Shown one piece after another: positions 49,505 to 60,147 of a stretch of 64,000 nt of DNA. The notes beneath the pieces were generated by a model. It had not been told where the DNA came from. It did no database searches and saw only the letters and a program-made list of their open reading frames with translations. Position 1 is the stretch's first letter. Each line of letters opens with the position of its first letter. This DNA comes from an uncultured Candidatus Saccharibacteria bacterium (GTDB taxonomy: Bacteria; Patescibacteriota; Minisyncoccia; Phycocordibacterales; UBA9973): the NCBI GenBank assembly GCA_964412965.1, contig CAYPQU010000002.1, positions 26,004 through 90,003 of the forward strand, in the 5' to 3' direction. The translations under genes and the position numbers were made by a program.

Positions 49505-52174
49505 ATGTCGCAGAAAAAAATCAACAAATTCGTCTATGCCTTTGAAGAAGGGAATAGAAACATGAAGGAAATTCTCGGTGGTAAAGGAGCGAACCTGGCC
49601 GAAATGAAAAATCTAGGAATCAACGTTCCTCCTGGATTTACAATATCTACACAAGCCTGCAAAATTTACAATGATTTAGGAAAGAAAATTACTCCAGAAA
49701 TGGAAACCCAAATTAAAAGCAATCTAGCCAGTCTTGAAAAAAAGATGGGTAAAAAGCTAGGAGACGCAAAAAACCCTCTTTTGGTTTCAGTTAGATCGGG
49801 AGCAGTAGCTTCTATGCCAGGAATGATGGATACCATCTTGAACCTTGGGCTTAATGATGAATCAGTTAAAGGATTAGCAGAAAAAACCGGTAACGAAAGA
49901 TTTGCCTGGGATTCTTATCGTCGATTAATTCAAATGTTAGGAAATGTTGTATTGGAAGTAGATCATGATGAATTCGAGCACATACTTGAATCCGTTAAGG
50001 AAAACAAAAAAGCAAAATTTGATACAGACCTTAGCGCAGAAGACTTGAAAGAAGTGGTAACTAAATACAAGGCAATGATTAAAAAAGTTACTAAAAAAGA
50101 TTTTCCTCAAGATCCAAAAATTCAATTAGATTTATCTATTAGAGCAGTATTTAATTCTTGGAATAATTACAGGGCTATTCGCTATCGCGAAATAAACAAC
50201 ATCAAGGGACTTATCGGAACTGCTGTTAACGTTCAAGCCATGGTTTTTGGAAACCTTGGAGAAGATTCTGGAACGGGTGTTTGCTTCACAAGAAATCCTT
50301 CTACGGGAGAAGCTAAATTCTATGGAGAATATTTGATGAACGCGCAAGGAGAAGATGTTGTAGCGGGAATTCGAACTCCTCTTGCTGTTTCTACTCTTCA
50401 AAAAAGTAATCCAAAAATATACAAAGAGTTAGTGAATGTGTGCAATAAAGTAGAAAAGCACTACAAAGACATGCAGGACATGGAGTTCACTATCGAGAAA
50501 GGAATCTTGTATATTCTGCAAGCAAGAAACGGAAAAAGAACAGTTGAAGCTGGGGTAAAAATTGCTGTAGATATGGTGAAGGAAAAATTAATAACAAAAG
50601 AAGAAGCTATTTTAAGAATAGATCCTAATCAACTTAATCAACTTCTTCACAAGCAATTCGATCAAAAAGCCCTAGCCAAAGCCGAAGCGGTAGCACAGGG
50701 ATTACCAGCTTCTCCAGGAGCAGCGGTAGGAGAAATAGTTTTCAATGCTAGTGATGCTCTTATGAAAACAGAAAAAGGATTGAGCGTTGTATTAGTAAGA
50801 ACAGAAACTTCTCCAGAAGACATTGATGGAATGCACAGTGCAAAAGGAATCTTAACAGCAAGAGGAGGAATGACTTCTCACGCAGCAGTGGTTGCTCGAG
50901 GTATGGGGACTTGTTGCGTTGCTGGATGTTCAGATCTAATAATTGACGAAAAAAAGAAAACACTTGTTATTAAAAGCAAAGGATTGACACTCAAAGAAGG
51001 TGATTATATTTCTCTAGATGGATCTACCGGAAAAGTTTATGTAGGGAAAATTGATACCAAAGAACCAGAACTTTCTGGAAACTTTGGAAAACTCATGTCT
51101 TGGGCTGATGAATATCGAAAAATAGGCATCAGGACTAATGCAGATACTCCTAAGGATGCTAAAACAGCTAGAGAATTCGGTGCTGAGGGTATTGGACTAT
51201 GCAGAACCGAACACATGTTTTTCGATGGTCCTAGAATTAAAGCAATTCGAGAAATGATTTTATCAAATGATGTTGATAGTAGAAAAAAAGCCCTAGCCAA
51301 ACTTCTTCCTTTCCAGAGAGATGATTTTGCAGGACTATTCCACACCATGGATGGATTCCCGGTTACTGTTAGGTTCCTAGACCCTCCTCTGCACGAATTC
51401 TTGCCTACAAAAGAAAAAGATATTGCTGAAATATCTAAAGAAATGGGAGTTTCTACAAATGTTTTAAAAGCAAAAATAGAAGAATTGCATGAGTTTAACC
51501 CAATGTTAGGACACAGAGGATGTCGACTAGCAGTTACTTACCCAGAAATATATGAAATGCAAACCAATGCTGTTATTGAGGCTGCAATTTTGGTTTCAAA
51601 AAAATGTCCTATATGTGGCAAAAAACACAAAGTCTCTCCAGAAATAATGATTCCTTTGGTTGCTACAACAAAAGAATTTTCTATCTTAAAAGATGGTGTT
51701 GTAGAAATTGTTGAAAAGAAAATCAAAGAAGCTAAGATAAAGATGAGTTACAAGGTCGGGACCATGATAGAAGTTCCAAGAGCAACAATGGTAGCAGACA
51801 AAATAGTAGAAGCTGGAGCAGAATTCTTTTCATTTGGAACAAACGATCTTACCCAGATGGGAGCTGGTATTTCTAGAGACGATGCAGGAAAATTCTTAAA
51901 AGAATATGTGGCTAAAGGCATTTACGACAACGATCCATTTGAAACCCTAGACCAAGAAGGGGTTGGAGAGTTAATTAAAATTGCTATCAAAAAAGGACGC
52001 GGTGTTAAAAAGGATTTAAAAATTGGTATTTGTGGAGAACATGGAGGAGAACCAAAAACTGTTGAATTTTGTCACAACGAAGGATTCTCTTATGTTTCTT
52101 GTTCACCATTTAGAGTCCCAATCGCAAGATTAGCAGCCGCTCAAGCTGTTATCAAAAATAAAGCGAAAAAATAA
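49505..52174 (+). CDS. ppdK: Pyruvate, phosphate dikinase
   Basis: GGKGANLAEM, VSVRSGA, GGMTSHAAVVARG, GLCRTEHMF, GICGEHGG. Confidence 0.99.
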   Translation: MSQKKINKFVYAFEEGNRNMKEILGGKGANLAEMKNLGINVPPGFTISTQACKIYNDLGKKITPEMETQIKSNLASLEKKMGKKLGDAKNPLLVSVRSGAVASMPGMMDTILNLGLNDESVKGLAEKTGNERFAWDSYRRLIQMLGNVVLEVDHDEFEHILESVKENKKAKFDTDLSAEDLKEVVTKYKAMIKKVTKKDFPQDPKIQLDLSIRAVFNSWNNYRAIRYREINNIKGLIGTAVNVQAMVFGNLGEDSGTGVCFTRNPSTGEAKFYGEYLMNAQGEDVVAGIRTPLAVSTLQKSNPKIYKELVNVCNKVEKHYKDMQDMEFTIEKGILYILQARNGKRTVEAGVKIAVDMVKEKLITKEEAILRIDPNQLNQLLHKQFDQKALAKAEAVAQGLPASPGAAVGEIVFNASDALMKTEKGLSVVLVRTETSPEDIDGMHSAKGILTARGGMTSHAAVVARGMGTCCVAGCSDLIIDEKKKTLVIKSKGLTLKEGDYISLDGSTGKVYVGKIDTKEPELSGNFGKLMSWADEYRKIGIRTNADTPKDAKTAREFGAEGIGLCRTEHMFFDGPRIKAIREMILSNDVDSRKKALAKLLPFQRDDFAGLFHTMDGFPVTVRFLDPPLHEFLPTKEKDIAEISKEMGVSTNVLKAKIEELHEFNPMLGHRGCRLAVTYPEIYEMQTNAVIEAAILVSKKCPICGKKHKVSPEIMIPLVATTKEFSILKDGVVEIVEKKIKEAKIKMSYKVGTMIEVPRATMVADKIVEAGAEFFSFGTNDLTQMGAGISRDDAGKFLKEYVAKGIYDNDPFETLDQEGVGELIKIAIKKGRGVKKDLKIGICGEHGGEPKTVEFCHNEGFSYVSCSPFRVPIARLAAAQAVIKNKAKK

Positions 52175-52186
52175 TTAATGGAGACT

Positions 52187-52220
52187 AAAAACACCCAAGG
52201 TCTTAACCTTGGGTGTTTTT
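52187..52220 (+). terminator. Intrinsic terminator after ppdK
   Basis: aaaaacacccaagg/ccttgggtgttttt. Confidence 0.8.
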
Positions 52221-52246
52221 GATTTATAAGATGTTATAATTGAAAC

Positions 52247-53923
52247 ATGACTCAAGACCAGGCATTTTTAATCATGAAAACAGGAGTAAATATTTATCTT
52301 ACAGGAAGTGCAGGAAGTGGAAAAACTTATTTACTTAATAAATATATTTCTTATCTAGAAGAACACGATATTCCTGTGGCCATAACTGCTTCGACAGGAA
52401 TCGCCGCTACACACATGAACGGAATGACTATTCATAGTTGGTCTGGAATGGGTATAAAAGAAAAACTAGACGACATGGAATTAGAAAGACTGGAAGAAAA
52501 AAAATATCTTTGGAAAAGATTTGAAAAAGCAAAAGTCCTTATCATAGATGAAATTTCTATGCTTCACGCAAATCAACTAGATATGGTTGAAAGGATTTGT
52601 CGAAAATTCAAAAGAAAGGAAAAACCATTCGGAGGATTACAGGTTATTTTGTCTGGAGACTTTTTTCAACTTCCCCCTATAACCAAAAAAGAAGATAGTG
52701 AATCAGGCATGATATGCAACTCTAATGCTTGGCAAATCTTAAACCCAGCAATTTGTTACCTTGAAGAGCAACATCGCCAAGAAGACAATGCGCTAACAGA
52801 GATACTAAACATGATTAGGAAAAATCAGATTAATTTCAAGCATCATGAAATATTAAAAAGCCGCATCGGACAAACTTTAGAAAATGAAATTCGTGCAACA
52901 AGACTTTACACTCACAATATCAACGTAGATGAAATAAATGAAAAAGAACTTTCTCTAATCGAAGAAGAAGAAATGATTTTTCTAATGACTGACAATGGAC
53001 CAGAAAATTTAGTTTCTATTTTAAAAAAAAGCTGTTTAGCTCACGAAAAATTAAAATTAAAAATTGGAGCTGAAGTAATGTGCGTAAAAAATAATTTTGA
53101 AGAAGGGTATGTTAACGGGTCGAGGGGAAAAATCATAGGATTTGAAAGCTTGAATGGCAATCCTATTGTAAAACTTTATAATGGTAAAAAAATAATCTTA
53201 AAACCTGAAATTTGGGCTATCGAAGAAGATGGTAAAATCAAAGCCTCTGTTTCTCAAATACCACTCAGGTTGGCATGGGCCATCACAATACACAAAAGCC
53301 AAGGAATGTCTCTAGATAACGCAGAAATAGACCTTAGGAGCACTTTTGGTTATGGAATGGGGTATGTGGCCCTATCTAGAGTAAGATCGCTTGAAGGGAT
53401 TAGTCTTGTCGGCTACAGTACCGAATCGCTACAAGTTAATCCGATAGTATTAAGTCTTGATGAAAATCTTCAAAATCAAAGTTATCAGAATGAACTTTTG
53501 TTTAAGAAATTAACGAAAGCACAACAAAAAAAACTAGAAGAAGATTTTATTTTAAGCATGGGCGGGAAAATAAATAAAATAAAAATCAAAAACAAACTAG
53601 CTATTAAAGACACCAAGGTGCCTACAGTGCAAATAACAAGAGAGTTGCTTGAAAAGAAAAAAACTGTCTCGCAAATATCTAAAGAAAGAAATTTAACCAA
53701 AGAGACTATTATAAAACACATAGAAGAAATTGCTAAAAAAGAGGGGTGTTCACATATAGCTCATTTAAAACCAAACGAGAAAGATATTAATGCCATAAAA
53801 AAAGCCCTAGGGAAAATAAAAACTGAGGACAAATCTAGGCTTACCCCTATAAAAATTTTATTAGAAAAAGAAGGAAACAACATGTCGTTTGAAAGAATTA
53901 GAATAGCTCGATTATTTTTATAA
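52247..53923 (+). CDS. PIF1-like SF1B helicase with C-terminal HTH
   Basis: GSAGSGKT, IIDEISM, GDFFQLPP, AITIHKSQG, YVALSRV. Confidence 0.93.
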   Translation: MTQDQAFLIMKTGVNIYLTGSAGSGKTYLLNKYISYLEEHDIPVAITASTGIAATHMNGMTIHSWSGMGIKEKLDDMELERLEEKKYLWKRFEKAKVLIIDEISMLHANQLDMVERICRKFKRKEKPFGGLQVILSGDFFQLPPITKKEDSESGMICNSNAWQILNPAICYLEEQHRQEDNALTEILNMIRKNQINFKHHEILKSRIGQTLENEIRATRLYTHNINVDEINEKELSLIEEEEMIFLMTDNGPENLVSILKKSCLAHEKLKLKIGAEVMCVKNNFEEGYVNGSRGKIIGFESLNGNPIVKLYNGKKIILKPEIWAIEEDGKIKASVSQIPLRLAWAITIHKSQGMSLDNAEIDLRSTFGYGMGYVALSRVRSLEGISLVGYSTESLQVNPIVLSLDENLQNQSYQNELLFKKLTKAQQKKLEEDFILSMGGKINKIKIKNKLAIKDTKVPTVQITRELLEKKKTVSQISKERNLTKETIIKHIEEIAKKEGCSHIAHLKPNEKDINAIKKALGKIKTEDKSRLTPIKILLEKEGNNMSFERIRIARLFL

Positions 53924-53943
53924 AATAATATAATATAAACTAT

Positions 53944-54690
53944 ATGAATAAATTTATTTTCAAAAAAATAATATTAATATTGCTAATTATTATCATTGTT
54001 ATCCTTATTGTTTTTAGTTTACTAAAAAATTTTAGTGTTAACAAAATTACAGATAGAGAGATATCAGTTGATAATAAAGAATATTGTTATTACAAAGAAG
54101 ATTTTAAGACAAGTGGTTATAGTGATGTCGCTTGGATGAAAATTTCAGAAAATGGAAATACCGTAAAGGGGGAATTTAGGAACCTACCAGCAGAAACAGA
54201 CTCCAAGGTTGGATTATTCACGGGCTTAATAATGAAATCAGACCTACAAAATAATATAAAAACCGCCGATGTTATCTGGAATACTTTTGCCGAAGGAATG
54301 AACAACAAAGAACAGTTAATTTTTGATTACGGGAAAGATTCTGCGATTGTTTATTTTGGTGAAATGCAAGAAGAAGGGGAGGGTGGTTTTTTTGTTTTTA
54401 AAAATAAAAATAATCTTTTTCCACAAAACAAAATGAACAGCATGGATTGCTTAGAACTTGAAGAGAAAATCAGTGTCGAACAATACATAAGAGAAAATAT
54501 TAAAAATATATCAAACACCAAAGAAGTTTTAGGCGGGAGCTGGTATGTTGCAAAGTTAAAAATAGACAACCAAAATAACACCGGAGAAGTTGAGTATGAG
54601 GATGGTCACATATTAGAGAAAGCTTCTTTTGATTACGAGTATGACATTGTGACAAAAAACATAAATGTCTTAAATTTTAAACAATTCTAA
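53944..54690 (+). CDS. Hypothetical membrane-anchored protein
   Basis: N-terminal TM helix; C-terminal VLGGSWYV...YEDGH. Confidence 0.75.
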   Translation: MNKFIFKKIILILLIIIIVILIVFSLLKNFSVNKITDREISVDNKEYCYYKEDFKTSGYSDVAWMKISENGNTVKGEFRNLPAETDSKVGLFTGLIMKSDLQNNIKTADVIWNTFAEGMNNKEQLIFDYGKDSAIVYFGEMQEEGEGGFFVFKNKNNLFPQNKMNSMDCLELEEKISVEQYIRENIKNISNTKEVLGGSWYVAKLKIDNQNNTGEVEYEDGHILEKASFDYEYDIVTKNINVLNFKQF

Positions 54691-54757
54691 TTATCGCTTT
54701 TGTAAAAAGGGTGATATAATTAAGTTATTATTAACATAAATTTCTAAAACAAAAAAT

Positions 54758-54820
54758 ATGGCAAAAGGAATGACTCACAAAAAAGATGTGAAGAAACCAA
54801 AGAAGGGGACAAAGAAGTAA
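54758..54820 (+). CDS. 20 aa Lys-rich small protein MAKGMTHKKDVKKPKKGTKK (not in ORF track)
   Basis: Own TGnTATAAT (54712-54720) and a terminator directly after the stop. Confidence 0.75.
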   Translation: MAKGMTHKKDVKKPKKGTKK

Positions 54821-54854
54821 CAAAAACCTCCAGTTTTAACTGGAGGTTTTTGTT
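54819..54854 (+). terminator. Intrinsic terminator after the small ORF
   Basis: aacaaaaacctccagtt/aactggaggtttttgtt. Confidence 0.8.
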
Positions 54855-54910
54855 TGGGATAAACCTGTTTTTATTATATAATGAGAACATAAAATTAATA
54901 CAAAGAAGAT

Positions 54911-55705
54911 ATGGAATCAAAAACAAAAATAATAGCAACACTAGGTCCGGCCAGTGAAAAAGATTCAATCGTTAGTGACTTGATAAAACACAAGGTAAAC
55001 ATGTTTCGCCTTAATTTTTCTTGGGGGACTCACGATTGGCACAAAGAACACATAAAGAATATCCGAAAAATATCATGTGATTACAACACACAAATTGATA
55101 TTATGCAAGACCTGTCTGGTCCAAGGGTTCAAGAAGAATCTGGTCATCGATTTGATAGAGAAAAATGCGGGGGGATAATCACAGAAAAAGATAGGAACGA
55201 TTTATCTTTTGGTATAAAAGAAGGAGTAGATTATGTTGCCATGTCTTTTGTCGGCTGCGCACAAGATGTAACTGAATTAAAAAATCTAATTTCTGATTTG
55301 GGTGGAAATCAAAAAGTTTTATCAAAAATAGAAAGGATAGAAGCAATTAACAATATCGATGAAATTATTGATGTTTCAGACGGAATTATTATCGCACGAG
55401 GAGATTTAGGAAACGAAATACCAATAGAAGAAATTCCTTTTGTTCAACATAAAATAATTAATAAATGTAATCAGTCAGGTAAAATGGTCATAGTTGCAAC
55501 TCAAATGCTTTATTCAATGGTAGAAAATAGTGTACCAACCAGAGCCGAAGTCTCTGATGTTGCTTATGCCATTATAGACGGAGCCAATGGTATATTGTTA
55601 TCAGATGAAACAGCCCGAGGTAGATATCCTGTTGAGTCAATAGAAATACTGGAAAGGATTGCTACGAACGCAGAAAAACACAGTGACATAACATTAATAG
55701 GTTAA
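54911..55705 (+). CDS. pyk: Minimal pyruvate kinase (barrel only)
   Basis: TKIIATLGPAS, RLNFS, SKIE, ARGDLG, ATQML.SM, PTRAEVSDV, LSDETA. Confidence 0.92.
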   Translation: MESKTKIIATLGPASEKDSIVSDLIKHKVNMFRLNFSWGTHDWHKEHIKNIRKISCDYNTQIDIMQDLSGPRVQEESGHRFDREKCGGIITEKDRNDLSFGIKEGVDYVAMSFVGCAQDVTELKNLISDLGGNQKVLSKIERIEAINNIDEIIDVSDGIIIARGDLGNEIPIEEIPFVQHKIINKCNQSGKMVIVATQMLYSMVENSVPTRAEVSDVAYAIIDGANGILLSDETARGRYPVESIEILERIATNAEKHSDITLIG

Positions 55706-55719
55706 AAAATAATTTCAAA

Positions 55720-56694
55720 ATGCAAGAAGAAAAAATAATTTATATTACAAGAAAAATACCAGAACCTGGATTAAAACTATTGGATGAAAAAGGAATAAAG
55801 TATGACATCGGCAATTTCAAAAAACCTCCAACCACTAAAGATCTTAAAAAAGAATTGCTAAAGAAAAATTATACCGGAGTCATTTCTTTCTTGACCGACA
55901 AAATAGATGCCGAGATAATGGAAGCTTTCCCTGGGATAAAAATTTATTCCAATTTTGCTGTCGGCTATGACAACCTAAACATTGAAGATGCAAAAACACG
56001 AGGTATTTTCCTTACAAACACTCCTGGAACATCGGCCATGGCAGTTGCTGAACACACTGTCGCTTTAATGCTAGCTTTAACGACTAGATTAGTTGAAGGA
56101 GACGAATACATGAGGTGTGGTAAATATAAAGGATGGGATCCAAATATTTTTATTGGAACAGACCTTAGAGGTAAAATAATTGGACTTATTGGTGCTGGAC
56201 AGATAGGAACCGAGGTTGCAAAGATGCTTCGATATGGATTTGGAGCTAATATTATTTATAGTGATATAAAAAGAAATACTGACTTGGAAAACATTGATGG
56301 AATTGTAAGACGAGAAACCGAAGAAGTTTTAAGAGAGTCAGACATCGTATCTCTACATGTTCCGCTATTGCCAACAACAAAACATTTAATAAATTCTGAG
56401 ACTCTTAAAACAATGAAGCCAACTGCTTTTTTAATTAATACATCCAGAGGTCCCGTAGTCGATGAAAAAGCTCTAATAGAAGCCCTGGAAAAAGATATTA
56501 TTAGAGGTGCAGGATTGGACGTTTTTGAATTTGAGCCAAAACTGTCTAGGGGGTTAACCAAGCTCCCAGACGTTATCATCACTCCACACATTGCTTCTTC
56601 TAGACAATCTGCGCGAGAAATGATGTCGATAATTGCCGTTCAAAACATCATCTCTTTCTTAGAGACAGGTAAACCAATAAACAATATTTACTAA
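55720..56694 (+). CDS. D-isomer-specific 2-hydroxyacid dehydrogenase (glyoxylate reductase/D-LDH-like)
   Basis: AVGYDN, GAGQIG, INTSRG, LDVFEFEP, TPHIAS. Confidence 0.93.
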   Translation: MQEEKIIYITRKIPEPGLKLLDEKGIKYDIGNFKKPPTTKDLKKELLKKNYTGVISFLTDKIDAEIMEAFPGIKIYSNFAVGYDNLNIEDAKTRGIFLTNTPGTSAMAVAEHTVALMLALTTRLVEGDEYMRCGKYKGWDPNIFIGTDLRGKIIGLIGAGQIGTEVAKMLRYGFGANIIYSDIKRNTDLENIDGIVRRETEEVLRESDIVSLHVPLLPTTKHLINSETLKTMKPTAFLINTSRGPVVDEKALIEALEKDIIRGAGLDVFEFEPKLSRGLTKLPDVIITPHIASSRQSAREMMSIIAVQNIISFLETGKPINNIY

Positions 56695-56756
56695 TTATTT
56701 TAAAAGGACCACTTGTGGTCCTTTTAAAATGATTAAATTAGTTATAAAATAAACAG

Positions 56757-57926
56757 ATGGAACCACTAGCTCACAAAATCAGACCTACCAAGTTATCAGA
56801 ATTTGTCGGGCAAGAACACTTAATAGGCAAAGACAAACCATTAAACATAGCTATATCTAAAAAGCACGTTTTTTCTTTTATCTTATGGGGTCCACCAGGA
56901 GTAGGAAAAACTACGCTAGCGAGAATTTATGCAAAATCTATTAATGCGGACTTTTACGAGTTATCAGCAGTTTCCGCGTCTAAAGATGATATCAAAAAAA
57001 TCCTAGATGAATCACCAAGAGGAATTGGGACATTGCTCGGGCCTAAAATTATTTTTCTAGATGAAATTCATCGATTTAATAAAGCTCAACAGGATTTTCT
57101 TTTACCTTTTGTAGAAAATGGCAAACTTGTTTTGATTGGAGCTACAACAGAAAATCCGAGTTTCGAAGTCATTCCGGCTTTATTATCGCGATGCAAAGTT
57201 TTTGTTTTAGAAAGCCTCGGCTCTTCCGATATGAAAAAAATAATCAAGAGGACTGGTTATGAGATGGATAAAGAATCTATTGATTGGATTATTAAGTATT
57301 CTGATGGAGATGCCAGACAAGCAATCTCTGTAATTGAAAATACTTTTTCTCTATATCAAAAAATAACAATTGAAAATTTAAAAAATACAATTCAGTCAAA
57401 ATTTATTCGTTATGACAAAAAAGGGGAGGAGCACCACAATTTAATTAGTGCTTTTATCAAGAGTATGAGAGCTAGCCAACCAGACCCCACTTTATACTAT
57501 TTGTCAAGGATGATAGTGGCTGGAGAAGATCCAAAATTTATTGCGCGAAGAATGGTAGTTTTTGCTTCTGAAGATATTGGATTAGCACAACCAACAGCTT
57601 TAGTGGTGGCTAATGAGGTCTTTAGGGCCGTCGAAACTATCGGTTATCCAGAATGCGCAATAAACCTAGCTCACGGAGCAGTTTATTTGGCCCTGGCGAA
57701 GAAAGACAGAAGCACCTATGAAGCCTTCAGAACGGCCGAGAATGATGCCATGGTCCACGGAAGCCTTCCGGTACCACTTAATCTAAGGAATGCGCCTACG
57801 AAGCTAATGAAAGACTTAGGATATGGAAAAGGGTATGAAATATACACTGGTAAGGATTTAATGCCTACAAAACTAAAAAATAAAAAATATCTTATCAATA
57901 GGAGAGACAAAGAAAAACTAAAATAA
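56757..57926 (+). CDS. rarA: Replication-associated recombination protein A
   Basis: [35 protein letters not shown]. Confidence 0.96.
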   Translation: MEPLAHKIRPTKLSEFVGQEHLIGKDKPLNIAISKKHVFSFILWGPPGVGKTTLARIYAKSINADFYELSAVSASKDDIKKILDESPRGIGTLLGPKIIFLDEIHRFNKAQQDFLLPFVENGKLVLIGATTENPSFEVIPALLSRCKVFVLESLGSSDMKKIIKRTGYEMDKESIDWIIKYSDGDARQAISVIENTFSLYQKITIENLKNTIQSKFIRYDKKGEEHHNLISAFIKSMRASQPDPTLYYLSRMIVAGEDPKFIARRMVVFASEDIGLAQPTALVVANEVFRAVETIGYPECAINLAHGAVYLALAKKDRSTYEAFRTAENDAMVHGSLPVPLNLRNAPTKLMKDLGYGKGYEIYTGKDLMPTKLKNKKYLINRRDKEKLK

Positions 57927-58047
57927 AACCCGACGGGCTTTATTTGTTAATATAAAGACTTTTATCCTATTTTAGTGTCGCAAAAGATATATTGTGCGAC
58001 GCTATATATGCTTTCAAACAAAGACACCGAGCACTTCCCTAAGATGT

Positions 58048-58983
58048 TTAATTCTCGTATTTCTTGACACATTCATTAAATGATTTTACTTGATTGTTGT
58101 ACGTCGCGACATCATTCTTAACCTGGTCTACCAAACTATTGTAGTAAAGAACTAGGTTATTATATTCTTCTATTCTTTTAGCTTGTTCTTTTTTCTCTGT
58201 CTCGTTAAATCCCCTATTAGTTTTTATTTCAAACAATCTTCTGGGCAAATCATCATTTAAACTTTTTATCTGTTGCTCGTTATATGTAGCTACATTATAT
58301 AAATTCTCATCTACCTTAGGACAAGCACTCTTGGGCGTACCAAAATGCTGAACAGCAACCCAAACTTCTTCTCCTTTAAAAATACCTTTCGAGATTGCAA
58401 CACCCAATTCTGTATAATTTGATTTCAAAACATTCTTTCTGTGACCAAAACTACCCATCCAGGCATCAACCAATGCTTTTTCATCTTTAAAACCTCCCAT
58501 TGCTAGGTTTTCTCCAATCAAAATGTATTCATAGCCAACTTCTTCACTAAGCTTATCTATCCCAACACCATCAGGAGAAACGTGCTCAAAATACTGATTC
58601 TCTAAAATATCTTTTACTTTTTTCTCTGCAGAAAGGTTTAAAATTTTATTTTCTTTTAGTTCAGTTAATTTATTTTTTACACGAGCCACATTGGTCTCAT
58701 AAATTACTTTATTCAAATCTAAAGTTTCTTGACTGGGCTTTACAAATCTATCTAGTAAATTTAGAGCACCAGGGGTTTCAGGTTTAATTTCAATTATCTT
58801 TTCTTTATTTTTTAGAGGATCATCTTCTCCGTTATTTATGACCAAATCTAAAACTTCTCCACCCTTGTAAAACAAATCACTCACAAAACGAAAAATGGCT
58901 TTATTAAAAATAATAATGGGAATCAAAATTACCACAATGATAATTATCGCTAACTTATATTTATTTTTATTATAATTTTCCAT
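58048..58983 (-). CDS. CAP/SCP domain surface protein
   Basis: TM anchor; YFEHVSPDG, GENLA, AWMGSFGHRKN. Confidence 0.92.
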   Translation of the reverse strand: MENYNKNKYKLAIIIIVVILIPIIIFNKAIFRFVSDLFYKGGEVLDLVINNGEDDPLKNKEKIIEIKPETPGALNLLDRFVKPSQETLDLNKVIYETNVARVKNKLTELKENKILNLSAEKKVKDILENQYFEHVSPDGVGIDKLSEEVGYEYILIGENLAMGGFKDEKALVDAWMGSFGHRKNVLKSNYTELGVAISKGIFKGEEVWVAVQHFGTPKSACPKVDENLYNVATYNEQQIKSLNDDLPRRLFEIKTNRGFNETEKKEQAKRIEEYNNLVLYYNSLVDQVKNDVATYNNQVKSFNECVKKYEN

Positions 58984-58985
58984 AT

Positions 58986-59351
58986 TTATTTACAAGTAGA
59001 AGAAAAGGTAAATCCCGATTTCTCTGCTTCTTCCCTATTCTTAAACCAAATTTGATTTTCTAATTTTATCCTACTAGCTCCTCCACAATCGCGCCCATAG
59101 TATTTTGAGCCATTTTTAGAGGCTACATATCGCTTTTCCGTGTTCAAGTCTTCTTCATTATACATTGTTTTAGAATCTTCAGCTAATGGCTTTTCTATGA
59201 CTATTTCTTCTCCAGTATCCCCTTTTAAAGATAATCGCCCTAAGCCAAAAGAAGCCATGCCTACAAAGATGATAACAAAAATTAACAGGACAGATTGTTT
59301 GTCTATTCCTGTTTTGCTCTTGATTTTATTTAATAAATTGGTTATACTCAT
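58986..59351 (-). CDS. Membrane protein with Ada-metal-binding-like C-terminal domain
   Basis: SFGLGRLS; YVASKNGSKYY..C....I...N.IWF...EEAE..GF. Confidence 0.7.
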   Translation of the reverse strand: MSITNLLNKIKSKTGIDKQSVLLIFVIIFVGMASFGLGRLSLKGDTGEEIVIEKPLAEDSKTMYNEEDLNTEKRYVASKNGSKYYGRDCGGASRIKLENQIWFKNREEAEKSGFTFSSTCK

Positions 59352-59404
59352 TATTACTTAATTATAAATAATTAATTGGCTACTGGCTAGCCCAAATACA
59401 ATAT

Positions 59405-59677
59405 ATGGCACATAGGATGGCCGGAGGTACGGCCAAAAACTTAAGAGACTCAAATCCAAAATACCTTGGTACAAAGCTTTATGATGGTGAAAAAGCAAAA
59501 GCTGGATCAATAATCGTAAGACAAAGAGGAACAAAAATCCTTCCCGGAAAAAATGTAGGACTAGGTAAAGATCATACACTTTTTGCTTTAAAAGAAGGTA
59601 CAGTTAAATTCAAGACTAAAAGAAAGGTAGACTTTGACAAAAAAGTTTCCGTTAAAAAAACAGTAGAAGTTAACTAA
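59405..59677 (+). CDS. rpmA: 50S ribosomal protein L27
   Basis: [33 protein letters not shown]. Confidence 0.98.
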   Translation: MAHRMAGGTAKNLRDSNPKYLGTKLYDGEKAKAGSIIVRQRGTKILPGKNVGLGKDHTLFALKEGTVKFKTKRKVDFDKKVSVKKTVEVN

Positions 59678-59717
59678 TAATAAAACCCCTAGCTTTAACG
59701 CTAGGGGTTTTATTATT
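59676..59717. terminator. Bidirectional terminator between rpmA and rplI
   Basis: aataataaaacccctagc/gctaggggttttattatt. Confidence 0.8.
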
Positions 59718-60147
59718 CAACTATTATTTCGCATTTTCCTTCTAGATTACCCTTTCTTAAAATTACTGAGTGCTTACCTGTGGATTTTATGTGTTCCATC
59801 ACTAAATATTTATCATCTATATGTTCTCCTGTTAATTTTTTAATGGCATCACTAACATCTCTGGCTGTAACAGATTTAAACAAAACACCTTTATCGTTAG
59901 CCTTAGCCTTGATGGTAATTTTTTTATTATTAATTTCTGAAACAAGAACTTCAAATGTTTTATTTTCCTCTTCCCTTTCTCTCTGCCTCTTGGCCTTCTT
60001 TGCTTCCAATTGAGATAACGCTTGAGGTGTAGCTAAAACGGCCTTGCCTTTTGATATTAAAACATTATGGGCAAAACCATCTTTTAAATCTAAAACATCA
60101 TCTTTCTTCCCTATTTTAGGAACATCTATAAGTAAAATAACTTTCAT
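59713..60147 (-). CDS. rplI: 50S ribosomal protein L9
   Basis: MKVILLIDVPKIGKK..LKDGFAHNVL, GVLFKSV, IKSTG. Confidence 0.95.
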   Translation of the reverse strand: MKVILLIDVPKIGKKDDVLDLKDGFAHNVLISKGKAVLATPQALSQLEAKKAKRQREREEENKTFEVLVSEINNKKITIKAKANDKGVLFKSVTARDVSDAIKKLTGEHIDDKYLVMEHIKSTGKHSVILRKGNLEGKCEIIVE

